From: Candidatus Kapaibacterium sp. | GTDB lineage: Bacteria; Bacteroidota; Ignavibacteria; Kapaibacteriales; UBA4661 | Reading direction: 5' to 3' | Assembly: GCA_004292595.1 (NCBI GenBank) | Contig: RDXM01000083.1 | Location: forward strand, 79,215-143,214 | Length of the DNA: 64,000 bases | Shown here: piece after piece, positions 19,362-29,372 of the stretch | Layout of the letters: every line of letters begins with the position of its first letter | Numbering within the stretch: position 1 is the first letter of the stretch | Made by a program: the position numbers and the translations under genes | Notes under the pieces: generated by a model | What the model was told of the DNA's origin: nothing | What the model saw: the letters and a program-made list of their open reading frames with translations, nothing else | Database searches by the model: none

Positions 19362-20501
19362 TTACACGCCAACTGCCTGCAAAATCGCCGCACCAATTTT
19401 GGGGAGCGGTAACACAGTTTGTACCGCACCGACTTCCTGCGCTACTTTGGGCATTCCAAAGACAACGGAGGTCGCTTCATCCTGCCCAATCGTTTTTGCA
19501 CCTGCATCGCGCATAGCTTTCAAGCCTTGTGCGCCGTCATTGCCCATACCAGTTAAAATCACACCACACGCATTCGCGCCAACGTATTCAGCAACGGACT
19601 TCATCATCACATCCACCGACGGACGATGCCCATTTACTTTATCTTCTTGCGACAACACAATTTCATATCGCCCACCAGAACGCACTACTTTCAAGTGCAT
19701 ATCGCCCGGAGCAACGAGAATACGCCCTGTTACAACGCGGTCGCCGTTGGCAGCTTCTTTTACCTCCATAGCACATTCTTCATTCAAGCGGTCAGCAAAG
19801 GTTTTCGTAAAACCTTGCGGCATATGCTGAACAACAACCACGCCAGGGGTCGTTGCGGGAAACTCACGCACCAAGCGGCGAATAGCCTCCGTACCGCCAG
19901 TGCTTGCACCAATGGCAATCACCTTGTCCGTGGATTCTGCCAGTGCTTTGGCTTTCAGTGGAGTAGTTGTTGCTCCGCCAAGACCAGCACCTGCGCCCGA
20001 AGAAGAAGCCGCTCCAGCACTTGCGCCCGTAATCGCTCCAGCACCTGCCCGCACGGAGTTGAACAGTTCTTCGCGTTTTGATTTCCAGTGCGATACATTT
20101 GCCGTCGAAGCAATTTTTACTTTTGTACGCAATTCCATCATCATCCCTTGCAAGCCCTGTGCCACATTGGAAGTCGGCTTGGCAACAAAATCCACCGCAC
20201 CTGCTTCCAATGCCTGCATGGTAATTTCCTTCCCGCGTTGCGTCAGCGAACTGACCATCACAACCGGAAGAGGAAATTGCGGCATTAAACGGCGCAAAAA
20301 CTCAACGCCATCCATACGTGGCATTTCGACATCCAGCGTGAGAACATCGGGACGCAATTCCACAATTTTATCCCGTGCAACAAACGGGTCTGGCGCAACG
20401 CCAACGACTTCGATATTTGGGTCTGCGCCCAAACCTTGCGAAAGAATATCCCGCACCAAAGCGGAATCATCAACGATAAGAACACGAATTTTTTTGCTCA
20501 T
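19362..20501 (-). CDS. cheB: Chemotaxis methylesterase CheB
   Basis: REC plus GASTGG, QHMP, HRPSVD, LTGMGNDG. Confidence 0.97.
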   Translation of the reverse strand: MSKKIRVLIVDDSALVRDILSQGLGADPNIEVVGVAPDPFVARDKIVELRPDVLTLDVEMPRMDGVEFLRRLMPQFPLPVVMVSSLTQRGKEITMQALEAGAVDFVAKPTSNVAQGLQGMMMELRTKVKIASTANVSHWKSKREELFNSVRAGAGAITGASAGAASSSGAGAGLGGATTTPLKAKALAESTDKVIAIGASTGGTEAIRRLVREFPATTPGVVVVQHMPQGFTKTFADRLNEECAMEVKEAANGDRVVTGRILVAPGDMHLKVVRSGGRYEIVLSQEDKVNGHRPSVDVMMKSVAEYVGANACGVILTGMGNDGAQGLKAMRDAGAKTIGQDEATSVVFGMPKVAQEVGAVQTVLPLPKIGAAILQAVGV

Positions 20502-20595
20502 TGCGCTTACAATCTAATAGAAGGTGAAGAATAGACAAGAATATACAAGATTATACGATAAATACAATAATGTGATGACCAAACGTTGAGCGTTT

Positions 20596-21453
20596 TTACG
20601 GCTTTTGGTACAATGCTGGACTAATATAACGAAAGGATGATGAATCACGTGAAATAGTCTCTGAATGCCCAATAAATAAGAAACCGCCCGGCTCAAGCGC
20701 GTTGTAGAAGCGTTCGACAAGTGCATCGCGGGTGGGTTTATCAAAATAAATCATGACATTTCGGCAAAAAATGGCGTGGAATGGGCGTTTGAAAGGAAAG
20801 TGCGTATTCATCAAATTAAATTTTCGATAGACAACATCTTTCTGCACCTGCGGTAAAATCTGGATTTCACCTGTGGGAAGCTGTTTGGTGTATTTACGTC
20901 TGTAATTATCGGGCAATAGCTCAATGCGTTCAAGCGGATAGACTCCTGCCTCGGCAACACCCAGCGCACGTTCGGAAATATCCGTCGCCAACACGCCTGC
21001 TTTCCACTTGGGATATTCTGCGCCAAAGTAATCCATAAGAAGCATTTGCAGCATATACGACTCTTCGCCCGAAGAGCAGCCAGCACACCAAATACGCAGG
21101 TCAAATTCACGCTTTGCGCTGAGTGTCGCCGAAATGCTCGGTAAAAACTGCCGCGTAAAAAACTCAAAGTGGTCTTTTTCGCGCCAGAAAAACGTATGAT
21201 TTGTGGTAATGTGATTGGCAAATTCAATCAGTGCTTCGGAATTGCCGCCAGCACGTGTCAAATACTCGTGATACTCATGGAAACTCGTCATTCCCATCTT
21301 CCGAAGCACTTTTTGTAAGCGCACCGTTACCATCGTCCGCTTTTCGGGAGGCAAGAAAATACCAAAACGGTCATACACAAGACGGCTCAAGCTGTCAAAT
21401 TCATCAACTGAAAGCTGAACCGAAACAATATCTTCAATCGCTGGAACCTGCAT
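20596..21453 (-). CDS. cheR: Chemotaxis methyltransferase CheR
   Basis: TTNHTFFWRE, IWCAGCSSGEE, ATDIS, IFCRNVMIYFD, GHSE. Confidence 0.97.
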   Translation of the reverse strand: MQVPAIEDIVSVQLSVDEFDSLSRLVYDRFGIFLPPEKRTMVTVRLQKVLRKMGMTSFHEYHEYLTRAGGNSEALIEFANHITTNHTFFWREKDHFEFFTRQFLPSISATLSAKREFDLRIWCAGCSSGEESYMLQMLLMDYFGAEYPKWKAGVLATDISERALGVAEAGVYPLERIELLPDNYRRKYTKQLPTGEIQILPQVQKDVVYRKFNLMNTHFPFKRPFHAIFCRNVMIYFDKPTRDALVERFYNALEPGGFLFIGHSETISRDSSSFRYISPALYQKP

Positions 21454-21473
21454 ATATCCTCATCATTTTGTGG

Positions 21474-23630
21474 TTAATAGCGACCAAACTCGCTGTCATC
21501 AAGGCGAATGGTGTCGTGTGCGGCGAGCATTTTTTGCGACGGTGCCGCAAGGTGCGCATCTTCTTTTTCTAACGATGCTTTTCTTGCATTGCCACTAGCA
21601 ACGCCGCTTTGCTGATACGCTTGCCCGCTATAATTCTTGTGCTTTGAAGGCATTTCATGTTTCAGTTTTGGGGAAGAACCATGATGCAATGACCCCGCTC
21701 CAAACGAGGAGTCTTGGCGCAACTGAAAGCGCGAGCTGACAACATTATTCAGTTCAACCGCTTGTTTAGAAAGCTCTTCGGCGGCGGCGGCGCACTCTTC
21801 GGCGGCGGCGGTGTTTTGCTGCGTTACGCGGTCAATCTGCGCAAGCCCAATATTAACTTGCGAAATACCTTGCGCTTGCTCATTCGAGGCAGAAGCAATT
21901 TCACCAACAATATCACGGACTTTCACACTAGCAAGCATGATTTCTTCGAGTGCCTGCGCGGTACGAGCAGCAATTTGTGTGCCTCTATCTGCGGTTTCGA
22001 CCGCAGATTCAATCAAATCTGCTGTTTCTTTCGCCGCTTTCGCGCTGCGTGCTGCCAAGCTCCGCACCTCTTCTGCGACCACCGCAAAACCCTTTCCATG
22101 CCGCCCTGCACGCGCCGCTTCCACAGCCGCATTCAGCGCAAGCAAATTCGTTTGGAAAGCAATTTCGTCAATGACTTTGATAATTTTTGAAATATTTCTG
22201 CTGGATTCGTTAATTGCCGACATTGCACTGCCAAGCTGCTCCATTTCTGCATTTCCACGTTGAGCAATGCTATTTGCATCCAAAGCAACAATATTTGCCT
22301 GATTTGCATTCTCAGCATTGATGCGGGTTTGCGAGGCAAGTTCGTGCATGGAGCCAGTAATTTCTTCCAATGCTGCTGCCTGCTCCGACGCACCATGCGA
22401 GAGCGACGTGCTTGCGTCGGCTACTTGCGACGCGCCACGCGTTACTTGCCCAATAATTTCCATTACATTTTGCAGAACATCAGCAATCGCGCTAATCGTG
22501 GAGTTGATATTTGACTTCAATGCCGCGTGGTCGCCTTTGTAATTGCCTTGCATTGGCTGGCGCAAATCACCCTCAGCCATATGCTTCAGCACCGATACCG
22601 CTTCTTGAATGGGATAAATCGTGGCATCCAACGTAGAATTTACGCCCGCAATAATGTCGCGGTACGCACCGTGAAAATGCTTTTCGTTGCCGCGTGTTTT
22701 CAGGTCGCCGCTTGTGGCAGCCTTTGTCAGCCCGTTGGTTTCTTCGGCAAGGTCTTGAATTGTCTGAACAATTTGCTTCTTCATCCTAGCGAGGTCGCCC
22801 ATTTCATCGAGGTTTGAAATGCTAAAGGAAATATTTTTCAAGTCGCCCACAGCAACCTTCGCATTCACTTCTTGGAGAAGTTTGATGGGCTTGACAAGGA
22901 ATCCGGCAATCAGGAAAATAGCAAGAATAATGCCCGCCGATGACAACCCAACAATCGAAGCAATCACCAAGGATTTTTCCGCCGTTGTTGCCTGTACCTC
23001 GTTCAAGCTCATGCTTACTTCAAATGCTCCATGCACTTCGCCTACTTTCCAGTTTTCCATTTTCGCGCCCGTTATGTCCTTGCCCTCAGAGTTTCCCCAC
23101 AATGCTGCTGATTCTGCTGGGTCGCCATGACATTGCATACATTCTTGCGTCAATTTTATCGGGCGGAAGTAGTGCAGTTGATTGGTGGCAGCATCTATTT
23201 CTTGATATTCGGTCAGCGTACCATCTTCAAGTTTTCTCAGAACAGCAAGCTCATTTGCATTTGGCTCATTGTCGGGATTGCGCGGTTGAATTTTCGGAAC
23301 TTTTATCGTAAAGCCTAGTTCCCGTGCCTTTTTCCGCGCTACTTCCATTGCCGAAAAAATCGGAATAGTATGCAAAATCTGCTCGGTGGTAAAGTTCGAT
23401 GAGCGCACATCTTTGAATACGCCTTGTTTTATCTGGTCGGCGGCATATTCGCGGGCGGACTCTGCCGCATAGACCAGTGTTCGCGCCTTATTCACGAGCG
23501 CATCAGTCGCGGCTTCGCGGTAAATTTTTGAAAAATACCAGTATGAAACAGCACCGCTCGCAAGAGAAATAATGACAATCGGCAAAATAAGTTTCCAGCG
23601 AATAGGCAAAGAAAGCCACCAGTTTTTCAT
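21474..23630 (-). CDS. MCP with periplasmic c-type heme (DUF3365/Tll0287-like) sensor domain
   Basis: [14 protein letters not shown] (CxxCH)..[10 protein letters not shown] between two TM helices; MCP signalling domain; C-terminal pentapeptide EFGRY. Start at MKNWW. Confidence 0.92.
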   Translation of the reverse strand: MKNWWLSLPIRWKLILPIVIISLASGAVSYWYFSKIYREAATDALVNKARTLVYAAESAREYAADQIKQGVFKDVRSSNFTTEQILHTIPIFSAMEVARKKARELGFTIKVPKIQPRNPDNEPNANELAVLRKLEDGTLTEYQEIDAATNQLHYFRPIKLTQECMQCHGDPAESAALWGNSEGKDITGAKMENWKVGEVHGAFEVSMSLNEVQATTAEKSLVIASIVGLSSAGIILAIFLIAGFLVKPIKLLQEVNAKVAVGDLKNISFSISNLDEMGDLARMKKQIVQTIQDLAEETNGLTKAATSGDLKTRGNEKHFHGAYRDIIAGVNSTLDATIYPIQEAVSVLKHMAEGDLRQPMQGNYKGDHAALKSNINSTISAIADVLQNVMEIIGQVTRGASQVADASTSLSHGASEQAAALEEITGSMHELASQTRINAENANQANIVALDANSIAQRGNAEMEQLGSAMSAINESSRNISKIIKVIDEIAFQTNLLALNAAVEAARAGRHGKGFAVVAEEVRSLAARSAKAAKETADLIESAVETADRGTQIAARTAQALEEIMLASVKVRDIVGEIASASNEQAQGISQVNIGLAQIDRVTQQNTAAAEECAAAAEELSKQAVELNNVVSSRFQLRQDSSFGAGSLHHGSSPKLKHEMPSKHKNYSGQAYQQSGVASGNARKASLEKEDAHLAAPSQKMLAAHDTIRLDDSEFGRY

Positions 23631-23794
23631 GGTATAGTCTCCAAAAATATAGTACAATCGTGTAATACAGTCGTATTGTACAATCAAACACGAAAAAAAT
23701 TTATTGATTTATTGGCACAAAAAGCTCTCTGTTCTTGCTTTCACACCCATTGCGTACCTTGCCCAGAATCTTTCTTGCTCTGAATTATTGCTCT

Positions 23795-23933
23795 CCTCTG
23801 TACACGACAAAACCTCTGAAAGGTGCATAAAATCAGGCTTCAGTGGCTTGAGGCTTCTTGCCTGTGTTTGTCGTCTGAAACCCGCACCAGAATGTCTGTG
23901 CCACTATGAAAGGAGTTTTGTCGTATACAGAGG
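23795..23933. mobile_element. MITE family D (139 bp) with GTGG-type REP doublet
   Basis: 19-bp TIR CCTCTGTA(C/T)ACGACAAAAC; 7-bp direct repeat TTGCTCT on both sides; internal GTGGCTTGAGGCTTCTTGCCTGTG and AATGTCTGTGCCAC. Related copy at 31415-31569. Confidence 0.85.
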
Positions 23934-23954
23934 TTGCTCTCGTTATTGCTCTCA

Positions 23955-26477
23955 TTATTGCTCCAGCATTTCCAATACTTCCAGCGCACCCTCATTCAAC
24001 GATAAAACAGCATCAACATCAGTAATCAAGCCAATTTCACCGTTGCTGAGTATCATGCAGCCTGTTACGCCTTTCACGCTGCCCACATAGTCCGAAAGCC
24101 CCTTGACAACGATTTGCTGCTGCCCGATAATTTCATCCACAAACAAGCACGCACGTCGCTCGCGGGCTTCGACCACCACCAAAATTCCTTTCTGCAAATT
24201 TGTTGTTTGTGGTACAATGTCATAGACTTCATGCAAACGAATGACCGAAAACAAATCCTCTCTCACGCGCACCACTTCTTGCCCATCCATCGTAATCGTG
24301 ATAGCTTCGGGCTGCGGGCGAAACGATTCTCGAATAGAAAGTATCGGCAGGGCGTACACTGCTTGACCAACACGAATCAACATTCCTTCCATAATCGCTA
24401 AGGTCAAGGGAATACGCAGCGTGAAGCGTGTTCCCAAGCCCTCTTTGCTGTCCACCGTAATGCTGCCTTGCAACTTTTCGATATTCCGCTTCACAACGTC
24501 CATTCCCACGCCACGTCCCGAAATATCCGAGATTTTATCAGCAGTAGAAAAGCCCGGCTCGAAAATAATTTGAAAAACTTCGCGGTCGGTTACTTTGTCG
24601 GGAGCGGTTTTGATAATTCCTTTAGAAACAGCTTTATCCAAAATTTTCTGCCGATTCAATCCGCCACCGTCATCTTCAATAATAATCAAAATTTCATTTC
24701 CTTCGTACCGAGCTTGTAGTTTCACAACGCCTGTTTCGCTCTTTCCTGCTGCAATGCGCCGTTCACGGCTTTCTACGCCGTGGTCTATCGCATTGCGAAG
24801 AATGTGCATGAGCGGGTCGGAGATTTCTTCAATAACGTTTTTATCCATTTCCGTTTCCGCGCCAGAAATCACCAAGCTAATTTTCTTGTCGAAGCGCATG
24901 GACACGTCGCGCACGAGGCGTTTCATTTTATTGAACAAGCCTTCAACAGGTGTCATACGAATTGACATCGTTACTTCCTGCAATTCGCGGGTAATTTTAT
25001 TCAGCATTCCTGCTGCCCGCGTGAAGCTCTGCAATTCCAACGCAACCACTTCAGGATTGCTTGTTACCATTGTTTCAATGGTAATCAACTCGCCAACCAA
25101 ATCAAAAAGTTTATCCAATTTTTCGGTATCCACACGAATATCTTTGCGCTGGGCAAGCCCAGATGCCGCTTGCGGAGCGGCGGCTTGCGTGGCAGACGAT
25201 TGCATCGCCACTGGCGAAGGAGCTTGCTCAATGTTTGCCGACACTGCTTCTGGCAATACGTCCGAAGAAGCGAATTTTGGTATGTCGTTATGCAGCGCAG
25301 CAGCAGCCTGTATGCTGTGTGCAGGAATATCCTGTATATGTACGGATGCGGGTTGTGCAGAAGATACCTGCGCTGGCGAAGCCGAAAGGGTCGCAGTTTG
25401 GACATTCTTTGCTTTAGCAGCCTCCTTAGGAGCATCCTGCTGCTGCGAACTCACGCTCGGTGCATTGGTCATAAGTGCTTGCACGGCAGTTTTGATGATG
25501 TCGATATTGGTCAAAATCATCGAAATCAAGCCTGGATAAACCTCAATCGCCTTTGAGCGCACGGCATCAAGGATATTTTCCAAATCCATACTCATATCTT
25601 CAATTTCTGCAAAGCCCATAAAACCTGAGTTTCCCTTAATGCTATGCACTGCACCAAAGACATCGGCGACAATGCCCATATTGTGGGGGTCTTGCTCCAA
25701 AATCAAGCACCCATCTTCGACACGAGCAATCAGGTCGAGTGCTTCGGCAACATAGCGTGCAAGCATTTCACCTGTGGCGGCGGCGAGTCCTGCTCTATCG
25801 GGGAAGTCCGACTCAGAAGCTACTGGTGCAGCAACTGGAGGTGGTGGTGGTGTTTCTTCGCTGCTCAGAAGCGCGAGTTGGTCGTCATTAAAGAAAAAAT
25901 CGGTATCGGAGAAGATAGATTGAGATTGAAATTGCGTAGCAGCGTGTGTATGAGCTTCTGGATTGGCGGAAGAAGAAAACGACGGAGCAAACATTGGCTC
26001 TTCGCTCGGCACAAAAACTTCTTGAGATGGTGCGTGAGATGCTGGTGGCTTGGAAGCACTCTCAAGCCTTCCTCCGCCAGACTTCAGCAGTGTAATTGCT
26101 TGCTGCAAGCGTCCGATAAGATTTTTGACAGAGACTTCCTGTCCAGTATCTTTCAGCGAATCACTCACGGTATTGAGCAGGGTGCGAATAACGTCAAATG
26201 CCTCGTAAATAATACCGATGATGTCTTCATTGGGAATCCCAGTCATATTGCGCAGAATGTCCAGCATTGTTTCGGACTCATGCGTTACGGTATTGATGGT
26301 GTTAAAATTCAAAAAGCCCGACAGTCCCTTAATCGTGTGGAAAACGCGAAAAATGGAATGAATACTCTCTCGATTCGAGCCATCGGCAATATCCTGAATA
26401 CGACCTTCCTGCTCATCAAGTGAGTCTAATGATTCGGCAACAAATGCGCGGACTATCTCCAGCGTTTCACGATCCAT
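23955..26477 (-). CDS. cheA: Chemotaxis histidine kinase CheA with two Hpt domains
   Basis: Hpt1 FRVFHTIKG, Hpt2 FGAVHSIKG, dimerisation IRVDTEKLD, HILRNAIDHG, DDGGG, GFST..SGRGVGMDVV, C-terminal CheW-like domain. Confidence 0.96.
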   Translation of the reverse strand: MDRETLEIVRAFVAESLDSLDEQEGRIQDIADGSNRESIHSIFRVFHTIKGLSGFLNFNTINTVTHESETMLDILRNMTGIPNEDIIGIIYEAFDVIRTLLNTVSDSLKDTGQEVSVKNLIGRLQQAITLLKSGGGRLESASKPPASHAPSQEVFVPSEEPMFAPSFSSSANPEAHTHAATQFQSQSIFSDTDFFFNDDQLALLSSEETPPPPPVAAPVASESDFPDRAGLAAATGEMLARYVAEALDLIARVEDGCLILEQDPHNMGIVADVFGAVHSIKGNSGFMGFAEIEDMSMDLENILDAVRSKAIEVYPGLISMILTNIDIIKTAVQALMTNAPSVSSQQQDAPKEAAKAKNVQTATLSASPAQVSSAQPASVHIQDIPAHSIQAAAALHNDIPKFASSDVLPEAVSANIEQAPSPVAMQSSATQAAAPQAASGLAQRKDIRVDTEKLDKLFDLVGELITIETMVTSNPEVVALELQSFTRAAGMLNKITRELQEVTMSIRMTPVEGLFNKMKRLVRDVSMRFDKKISLVISGAETEMDKNVIEEISDPLMHILRNAIDHGVESRERRIAAGKSETGVVKLQARYEGNEILIIIEDDGGGLNRQKILDKAVSKGIIKTAPDKVTDREVFQIIFEPGFSTADKISDISGRGVGMDVVKRNIEKLQGSITVDSKEGLGTRFTLRIPLTLAIMEGMLIRVGQAVYALPILSIRESFRPQPEAITITMDGQEVVRVREDLFSVIRLHEVYDIVPQTTNLQKGILVVVEARERRACLFVDEIIGQQQIVVKGLSDYVGSVKGVTGCMILSNGEIGLITDVDAVLSLNEGALEVLEMLEQ

Positions 26478-26599
26478 GATACTTTAATAGAATTGAGTAA
26501 AGGAAATAACACAAACCACGACAAGAAACCAAGAGCAAAACACGGCAGCAGCCTCTTTACTTTACTTGCAATGAAGAAATATGCCATTTTGCAGCCGAG

Positions 26600-26629
26600 A
26601 ATATACGAAAAAAAAGTTTGTTTCGTCAA
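26600..26629 (-). promoter_or_regulatory. Putative sigma70 promoter of the che operon
   Basis: TTGACG-18 nt-TATATT on the minus strand, about 120 nt upstream of cheA. Confidence 0.55.
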
Positions 26630-26731
26630 AAGAATAGATGAATTGAGAATTGTTTAATCCGATTGATTTGATAAATTACGCCGCCTTGATATATTGCACA
26701 ATATATTGCACACAAGTACAACACATTTTTT

Positions 26732-27901
26732 ATGCACACATTAGAATCGGTATCACACGTGACAAAAGCACACCACATCTACGTTCCCTCGCTTTTCCCC
26801 GCACTTTCTATTCCAACAAGAATGCGCTCGGAATCCCACTATTCGGGTAAAGGCATCTGTATCGCAATGATTGATTCAGGTTTCGTGCCGCATCCCGACC
26901 TCACAAAACCCGAAAATCGCATCCTTCGCTACTTCGATGCTGTCAAAAAAGAAGAGGCAGACCTTCCACCAACCAAGCCTGAAGTATATTCATGGCACGG
27001 CACCATGACCGCGTGCACCGCCGCTGGAAACGGCTTTCTCTCTCGAAAACTCTACTCTTCGCTTGCTTACAATGCCAACGTCGTGCTGGTGCGAACCATG
27101 GACGACAAAGGCTCTATCCCCACAAAGCGCATCGCAGAGGCGTTGGAGTGGTGCTTGCAGAACGCGAAAAAATATGGCATCAACATCATCAATTTGTCTG
27201 TCTATGCCGATGAAATGGACACATCGCTCGAACATCCCGTTACAAAGCTCGTTGAAGAGGCTTCGCGGCGTGGTATTGTCGTTGTTGCGGCATCGGGCAA
27301 TAATCCTCGTGTTCCTCTCTACCCACCTGCCTGTGCGCCTTCGGCGATTACCGTCGGTGGCTTGGACGATAAAAACAATCTTCTTGAGGACGACGGCTTG
27401 TATCATTCCAGTTTCGGACGCACGATTGAAGGCTTGACAAAACCAGAAGTTATCGCACCTGCAATCTGGCTTCCCGCACCAATTCTGCCCGGAACGCCCA
27501 CACACACCGAAGCCTCCGCGCTTTCGGCACTCGACAATATGCTCGACGATATGCTGATGACCACGCTGCCTTTGCTTTTGCCCAAAACTGGCTTACCGCT
27601 TGAACTCTTGCGCAATAGCAATGTGGATGAAATTCGTACAAAAATCAATGAGCGTTTGCAGGGAGAAAAAATTATTTCGCCTAACTACAAACACGTGGAC
27701 GGTACGTCATTTGCCGCGCCGATTGTCTGCTCGGTTATCGCGCAAATGCTCGAAGCAAACGACCGCCTCACGCCTGCAAAAATTAAGGAAATCCTCACCC
27801 AAACCGCACGAACACTGCCCAATTATCCATCCGAACCACAAGGACACGGCATGGTACAAGCAACAGCAGCAGTAGAAGCGGCAGCAGTGGCAACGTTGTA
27901 G
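26732..27901 (+). CDS. S8 subtilisin-like serine peptidase (AprX-like, no signal peptide)
   Basis: Catalytic triad motifs MIDSG, WHGTM, DGTSFAAP; oxyanion AASGN. Confidence 0.92.
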   Translation: MHTLESVSHVTKAHHIYVPSLFPALSIPTRMRSESHYSGKGICIAMIDSGFVPHPDLTKPENRILRYFDAVKKEEADLPPTKPEVYSWHGTMTACTAAGNGFLSRKLYSSLAYNANVVLVRTMDDKGSIPTKRIAEALEWCLQNAKKYGINIINLSVYADEMDTSLEHPVTKLVEEASRRGIVVVAASGNNPRVPLYPPACAPSAITVGGLDDKNNLLEDDGLYHSSFGRTIEGLTKPEVIAPAIWLPAPILPGTPTHTEASALSALDNMLDDMLMTTLPLLLPKTGLPLELLRNSNVDEIRTKINERLQGEKIISPNYKHVDGTSFAAPIVCSVIAQMLEANDRLTPAKIKEILTQTARTLPNYPSEPQGHGMVQATAAVEAAAVATL

Positions 27902-27977
27902 TGCCTCCGCTCTCTGGCTGGCTGCTCCAACTTCAAGAATATCGAAGAGTATCGAATATTTCACCACCAACGCGCAC

Positions 27978-29219
27978 TTGATGAACACTACTTTGATGAA
28001 CACCATTATACCGTTTGATATACCAACAATGCTTGTAGTAGCGGCTTTGGCAGCATGGAGTATTTTTTTTGTGATTGTTGCTATCAATGGACTTTCCGTG
28101 CAGCTTCTCCGCGATGTGCCATTACTCGTAGCAAAAGAGCAATTACCGAGTTTAAGCGTCATTGCAGCCGCCTGTAATGAAGCAGAAACAATCGAAAAAG
28201 CTCTGTATTCCTTGCTTTCCACCGAATATCCGCGCGTAGAATTTCTCATCGTGAACGACCGCTCTTCCGATGAAACAGGTGCAATTATTGACCGCATTGC
28301 AGCAATAGACAATCGTATCAAGCCCATCCATATCACAACACTTCCCGACGGCTGGCTTGGAAAAGTACACGCCCTTCATGTCGCTTCACAGCAGGCTTCT
28401 GGCGATTTTTTGCTCTTTACCGATGCCGATATACACTTTGCTCCCAACGCACTTACTCTCGCTCTTGGGTACGCCGAGCATCATCGTCTCGACCATTTTG
28501 TCGTGCTGCCAGAAACCCGTAAGCCCTCGCTGTCTAGTGCCGTGCAGCAATGGCTTGTTTCCATAGCAATCGCAGGATTTACCTCGTTGTTCCTTTTTAG
28601 CTTACGTTTATACAGCCTACGGAAGCCGCAATCAGAAGCATTTATCGGGGTTGGAGCGTTTAATCTCGTTCGTAAAAGTGCATTTTTGAAAACACCCGGC
28701 TTTGAATGGCTCAAAATGGAAGTCATTGACGACCTCGGCTTGGGAATGATGATGAAACGCTCTGGAGCGCGGTGCGATGCCGTTAATGGTGTTGGCTTAG
28801 TACATTTAGAGTGGTATGCGACGCTCGGTGCTGTGGCACAGGGATTCGAGAAAAACTTTTTTGCAGGATTTGGGCAATACAGCACACCTGTTATGCTCTG
28901 GCGTATCACGCAAATTGCTGCTATGGTCTATTCTCCCTATTTCGCTGCTCTGTGGGCGTGGTTTGTACAGGGAGAAATGTCCCTTGCGTATGCTATTCTC
29001 TGTGTCCATTTCATTCTACCCGTTATTGCAGCATTCATTCTGCAGAAACGCTTACCATTTCATCCTTTTTTCTTTGGAACGCTCCCTGTATCGTTTTTCC
29101 TCGTTATTGGAATGATGCTGCGTTCAGCATGGAAAACCGTCCGCAACGGCGGTATTCTCTGGCGCGGTACATTTTATCCTCTCGAAACCTTGCGCCGCGA
29201 ACAGCGAATGAAATTGTGA
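27978..29219 (+). CDS. Membrane-bound GT2 glycosyltransferase (HpnB/CrtQ-like)
   Basis: AACNE, NDRSSDET, GWLGK, FTDAD, DDLGLG, WRG C-terminus; TM helices at both ends. Confidence 0.88.
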   Translation: MMNTTLMNTIIPFDIPTMLVVAALAAWSIFFVIVAINGLSVQLLRDVPLLVAKEQLPSLSVIAAACNEAETIEKALYSLLSTEYPRVEFLIVNDRSSDETGAIIDRIAAIDNRIKPIHITTLPDGWLGKVHALHVASQQASGDFLLFTDADIHFAPNALTLALGYAEHHRLDHFVVLPETRKPSLSSAVQQWLVSIAIAGFTSLFLFSLRLYSLRKPQSEAFIGVGAFNLVRKSAFLKTPGFEWLKMEVIDDLGLGMMMKRSGARCDAVNGVGLVHLEWYATLGAVAQGFEKNFFAGFGQYSTPVMLWRITQIAAMVYSPYFAALWAWFVQGEMSLAYAILCVHFILPVIAAFILQKRLPFHPFFFGTLPVSFFLVIGMMLRSAWKTVRNGGILWRGTFYPLETLRREQRMKL

Positions 29220-29264
29220 AAATATCGTGGTGAAAATATCGTCGTGAAAATATCGTCGTGAAAA
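29216..29264. repeat. 14-bp tandem repeat GTGAAAATATCGT(G/C) x3.5
   Basis: Directly visible; the first unit overlaps the GT2 stop codon. Confidence 0.9.
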
Positions 29265-29282
29265 ACATCAGACTAAAAAAAC

Positions 29283-29330
29283 AAACAAAGCCCGAAGAGC
29301 AAGATTTTGTGCGCTCTTCGGGCTTTGTTT
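29283..29330. terminator. Bidirectional terminator
   Basis: AAACAAAGCCCGAAGAGC..GCTCTTCGGGCTTTGTTT between convergent genes. Confidence 0.8.
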
Positions 29331-29372
29331 ATGTGTGTGTTTGCTTGATGACAATCGTCTTTTTTCGCAGAA

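Noticed and set aside
29216-29264. Possible CRISPR array
   Set aside because: 14-bp head-to-tail units with no spacers and no cas genes; a simple tandem repeat.
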